Source: Octopus bimaculoides (lineage: Eukaryota). From it: a DNA stretch of 64,000 nucleotides. This document shows positions 61,921 through 64,000 of the stretch, one piece after another. The DNA is taken from NCBI RefSeq assembly GCF_001194135.2, contig NC_068981.1:188066714-188130713 (forward strand). The letters are read 5' to 3'. Each line of letters begins with the position of its first letter. Positions within the stretch are counted from its first letter, which is position 1. The position numbers and the translations under genes were made by a program. Under the pieces are notes generated by a model. It was not told where the DNA came from and ran no database searches. It worked only from the letters and a program-made list of their open reading frames with translations.

Positions 61921-62097
61921 ATATCTGTGTGTATGTATGACAGGCTTCTTTCAGTTTTCGTGGAGCAAATCAACTCACAAGACTTTTGTCGGCCCAAAGC
62001 TACAGTAGAAAACACTTGCCCAAGGAGCTAAGCAGTGGGACTGAACGCCGAACCATGCAGTTAGGAAGCAAGGTTTTTACCACAGAACCACGCCTGT
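61630..62097 (-). mobile_element. SINE family C, full length, internal (TCTA)n
   Basis: Both halves present in reverse orientation. Confidence 0.85.
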
Positions 62098-62261
62098 ATG
62101 TTTTTGTTTTTCTTTTCTTTTGCTTGAACCACGAGTTAGAACGGGTTTAGCTCCTTATCATTCCATAATTGATAAAATAAGCGCAGTAATACACCAGCAA
62201 GAATTAGTTGGCTATCAGCATTTAACTATAAAAATCTTCTGGCACAAAACCGAAATATTAA

Positions 62262-62478
62262 TAATCATTTCAAATTTTTGCCACAAGAGCAGCTTGGGAG
62301 AGGGGATTAAGTCGATTACATCGACCCCAGTGAGTAACTGGTACTTATTTAATCGACTCCGAAAGGATGAAAGGCAAAATCGGCTTTCGGTGGAATTTGA
62401 ACTCAGAACGTGGCGACGGGCGAAATATCGTTAAGCATTTCGCCCGGTGTGCAAACCATTCTGCAAGCTCACCGCCTT
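62262..62478 (-). mobile_element. SINE family A, full length
   Basis: Consensus match; flanked by aaaccgaaat repeats. Confidence 0.9.
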
Positions 62479-62494
62479 AAACCGAAATATTAAT

Positions 62495-62626
62495 AATCCC
62501 TTCTATTATAGGCACAAAACCTGAAATTTATGGGGAGGTGGTAAGTCGATTGCATCGACCCCAGTGCGTAACTGGTACTTATTTAATCGACCCCGAAAGG
62601 ATGAAAGGCAAACTGGACCTCGGCGG
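62495..62626 (-). mobile_element. SINE family A, 5'-truncated
   Basis: Tail to gacctcggcgg only; followed by a third aaaccgaaata. Confidence 0.88.
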
Positions 62627-63169
62627 AAACCGAAATAATAATGATGATGACAAAATAACATTTCTGTCTGTGTAGGCACAAGAGTTCTGTATTTAAAAGG
62701 AAAGGAATAAAAGTACTGTAATATTGATGCGTGCATCGTGAGAGCAGTGACAGATGAATCGAATTTAAATGCAACATTAAATCTATGTTGCACTCTCTTT
62801 TTGTCAGGTGCTTACTTCTCGCTTTTCAACGCTCAGCAGTAATAAATAACGAAGCATAAACAATATGAATGGTAAATGTTTGGATAGCAAACATGAGGTT
62901 GTCAAATTAGGGACAGTCACCCATCGCGTGCAGGACAATTTATGTATCTCTACATTATTTGGCTGAAATAAACTTATGATCCCTATTGGAAAATATGTAA
63001 AACAGGGCGTTTTTGTAATCCTTTTACGTTGTAGTTTTAAATAATTGTAAACGATAAATTATTGGCCAGTATATAAAGTAATCATCTAATTATTTTCAAA
63101 TATTTAGAACATTCATGTACGCTATAGAATGGCAACGAGATTTATAAAATCTACATATTATTGAAAGTA

Positions 63170-63291
63170 TGCACATGTATGGTGAATGTGTATATATGCA
63201 TGTATACATATGTGTGTGTGTCTGTGTGTATATATGTGTGTCATATACTCATGTAAATACGCAAGAGAAACTCTATATGTATATGCATATA

Positions 63292-63365
<74 letters not shown>

Positions 63366-63376
63366 TGTGTGTGTGT
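63170..63376. repeat. (TA/TG)-rich region with long (GT)n
   Basis: Directly visible. Confidence 0.9.
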
Positions 63377-64000
63377 TACAAGTAGTTCTTTCTTTTCAGA
63401 AAGAGGAGAGAAAAATTGAAAGTCATTGTGCTCACACTGTTCTGAAAAAAAAAAAAGAAAATGGTAGCTGCAATAAAGTCATCTAACTTTAATTGCGGAC
63501 CAAAATGGGTAGTTAGTAGCTTAACTATATAGAGTACTGACAAATAAATGCAAGCATCCTTTTAACCATTTTAGCAATTTAAAATATTCAAATAGTAAGT
63601 GGAATCTTACATTAATGGAAACAGGTTTTCTCTACCTTTCATTGAATACTAATATATCACCATATAGTACTGATTTTAAAGAATCAGCCAGAAAGCAGCC
63701 ATTGAAATATCCTCATGTGTCTCCCACTTCAACGCTTGTATAAAACCGGAGAAAAAATTCCTATTCAACTGTCATATTTGATAAAGGGAAGATGTGTAAG
63801 CCAGAAAGTCATAGATCATTTATCTGAATAGTTAGCTCACGCAAGCTTTTGAGAACATGCCTTTCAGCAAAACTGACGAAAATCGTACTTGAAATTATAC
63901 TTTTGGATGCAATAGTTTCAGATAGCTAACATTTGACTGACAGATAAAAATGAAATCAGTCTATACATAGATACATACATACATACATACATAAATATAT

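Noticed and set aside
63867-63905. CTGACGA-AA..TT-GAAA with caaaa/ttttg stem
   Set aside because: Lacks the NUH cleavage triplet and a stem III; likely chance in AT-rich DNA

Overview
AT-rich, repeat-dense animal genomic DNA from a gapped draft assembly (N-runs at 3948-4040, 7220-7719, 13701-14004, 25388-25981, 27003-27222, 33092-33140, 34933-35237, 40827-41524, 49390-49509). The SINE repertoire and microsatellite load look like Octopus (inference, no search run). Most of the window is intron/intergenic-type sequence. It holds about 35 tRNA-derived SINE copies from 3-4 families, decayed LINEs (R4/Dong with RLE endonuclease, CR1/L2-group, Penelope-like with GIY-YIG), Tc1/mariner, hAT and Helentron-type DNA elements, small foldback elements and many microsatellites. 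Almost all ORFs in the supplied track are microsatellite, N-gap or repeat read-throughs. A few splice-flanked candidate exons suggest one long plus-strand gene of unknown identity. The best is a 93-codon first exon starting MGSCASK (predicted myristoylation/palmitoylation), followed by three perfect CRE sites. The most striking feature is three separate loci (about 14.0, 23.5-25.3 and 35.2-35.6 kb) carrying type I hammerhead ribozyme motifs with palindromic stem III. Each sits in an outward-facing inverted duplication with a spacer of 3, about 900 or 2 bp. They have three different catalytic cores: canonical CUGAAGA, a compensatory U3-A8 variant, and a U4C variant. All motif calls were made by eye.
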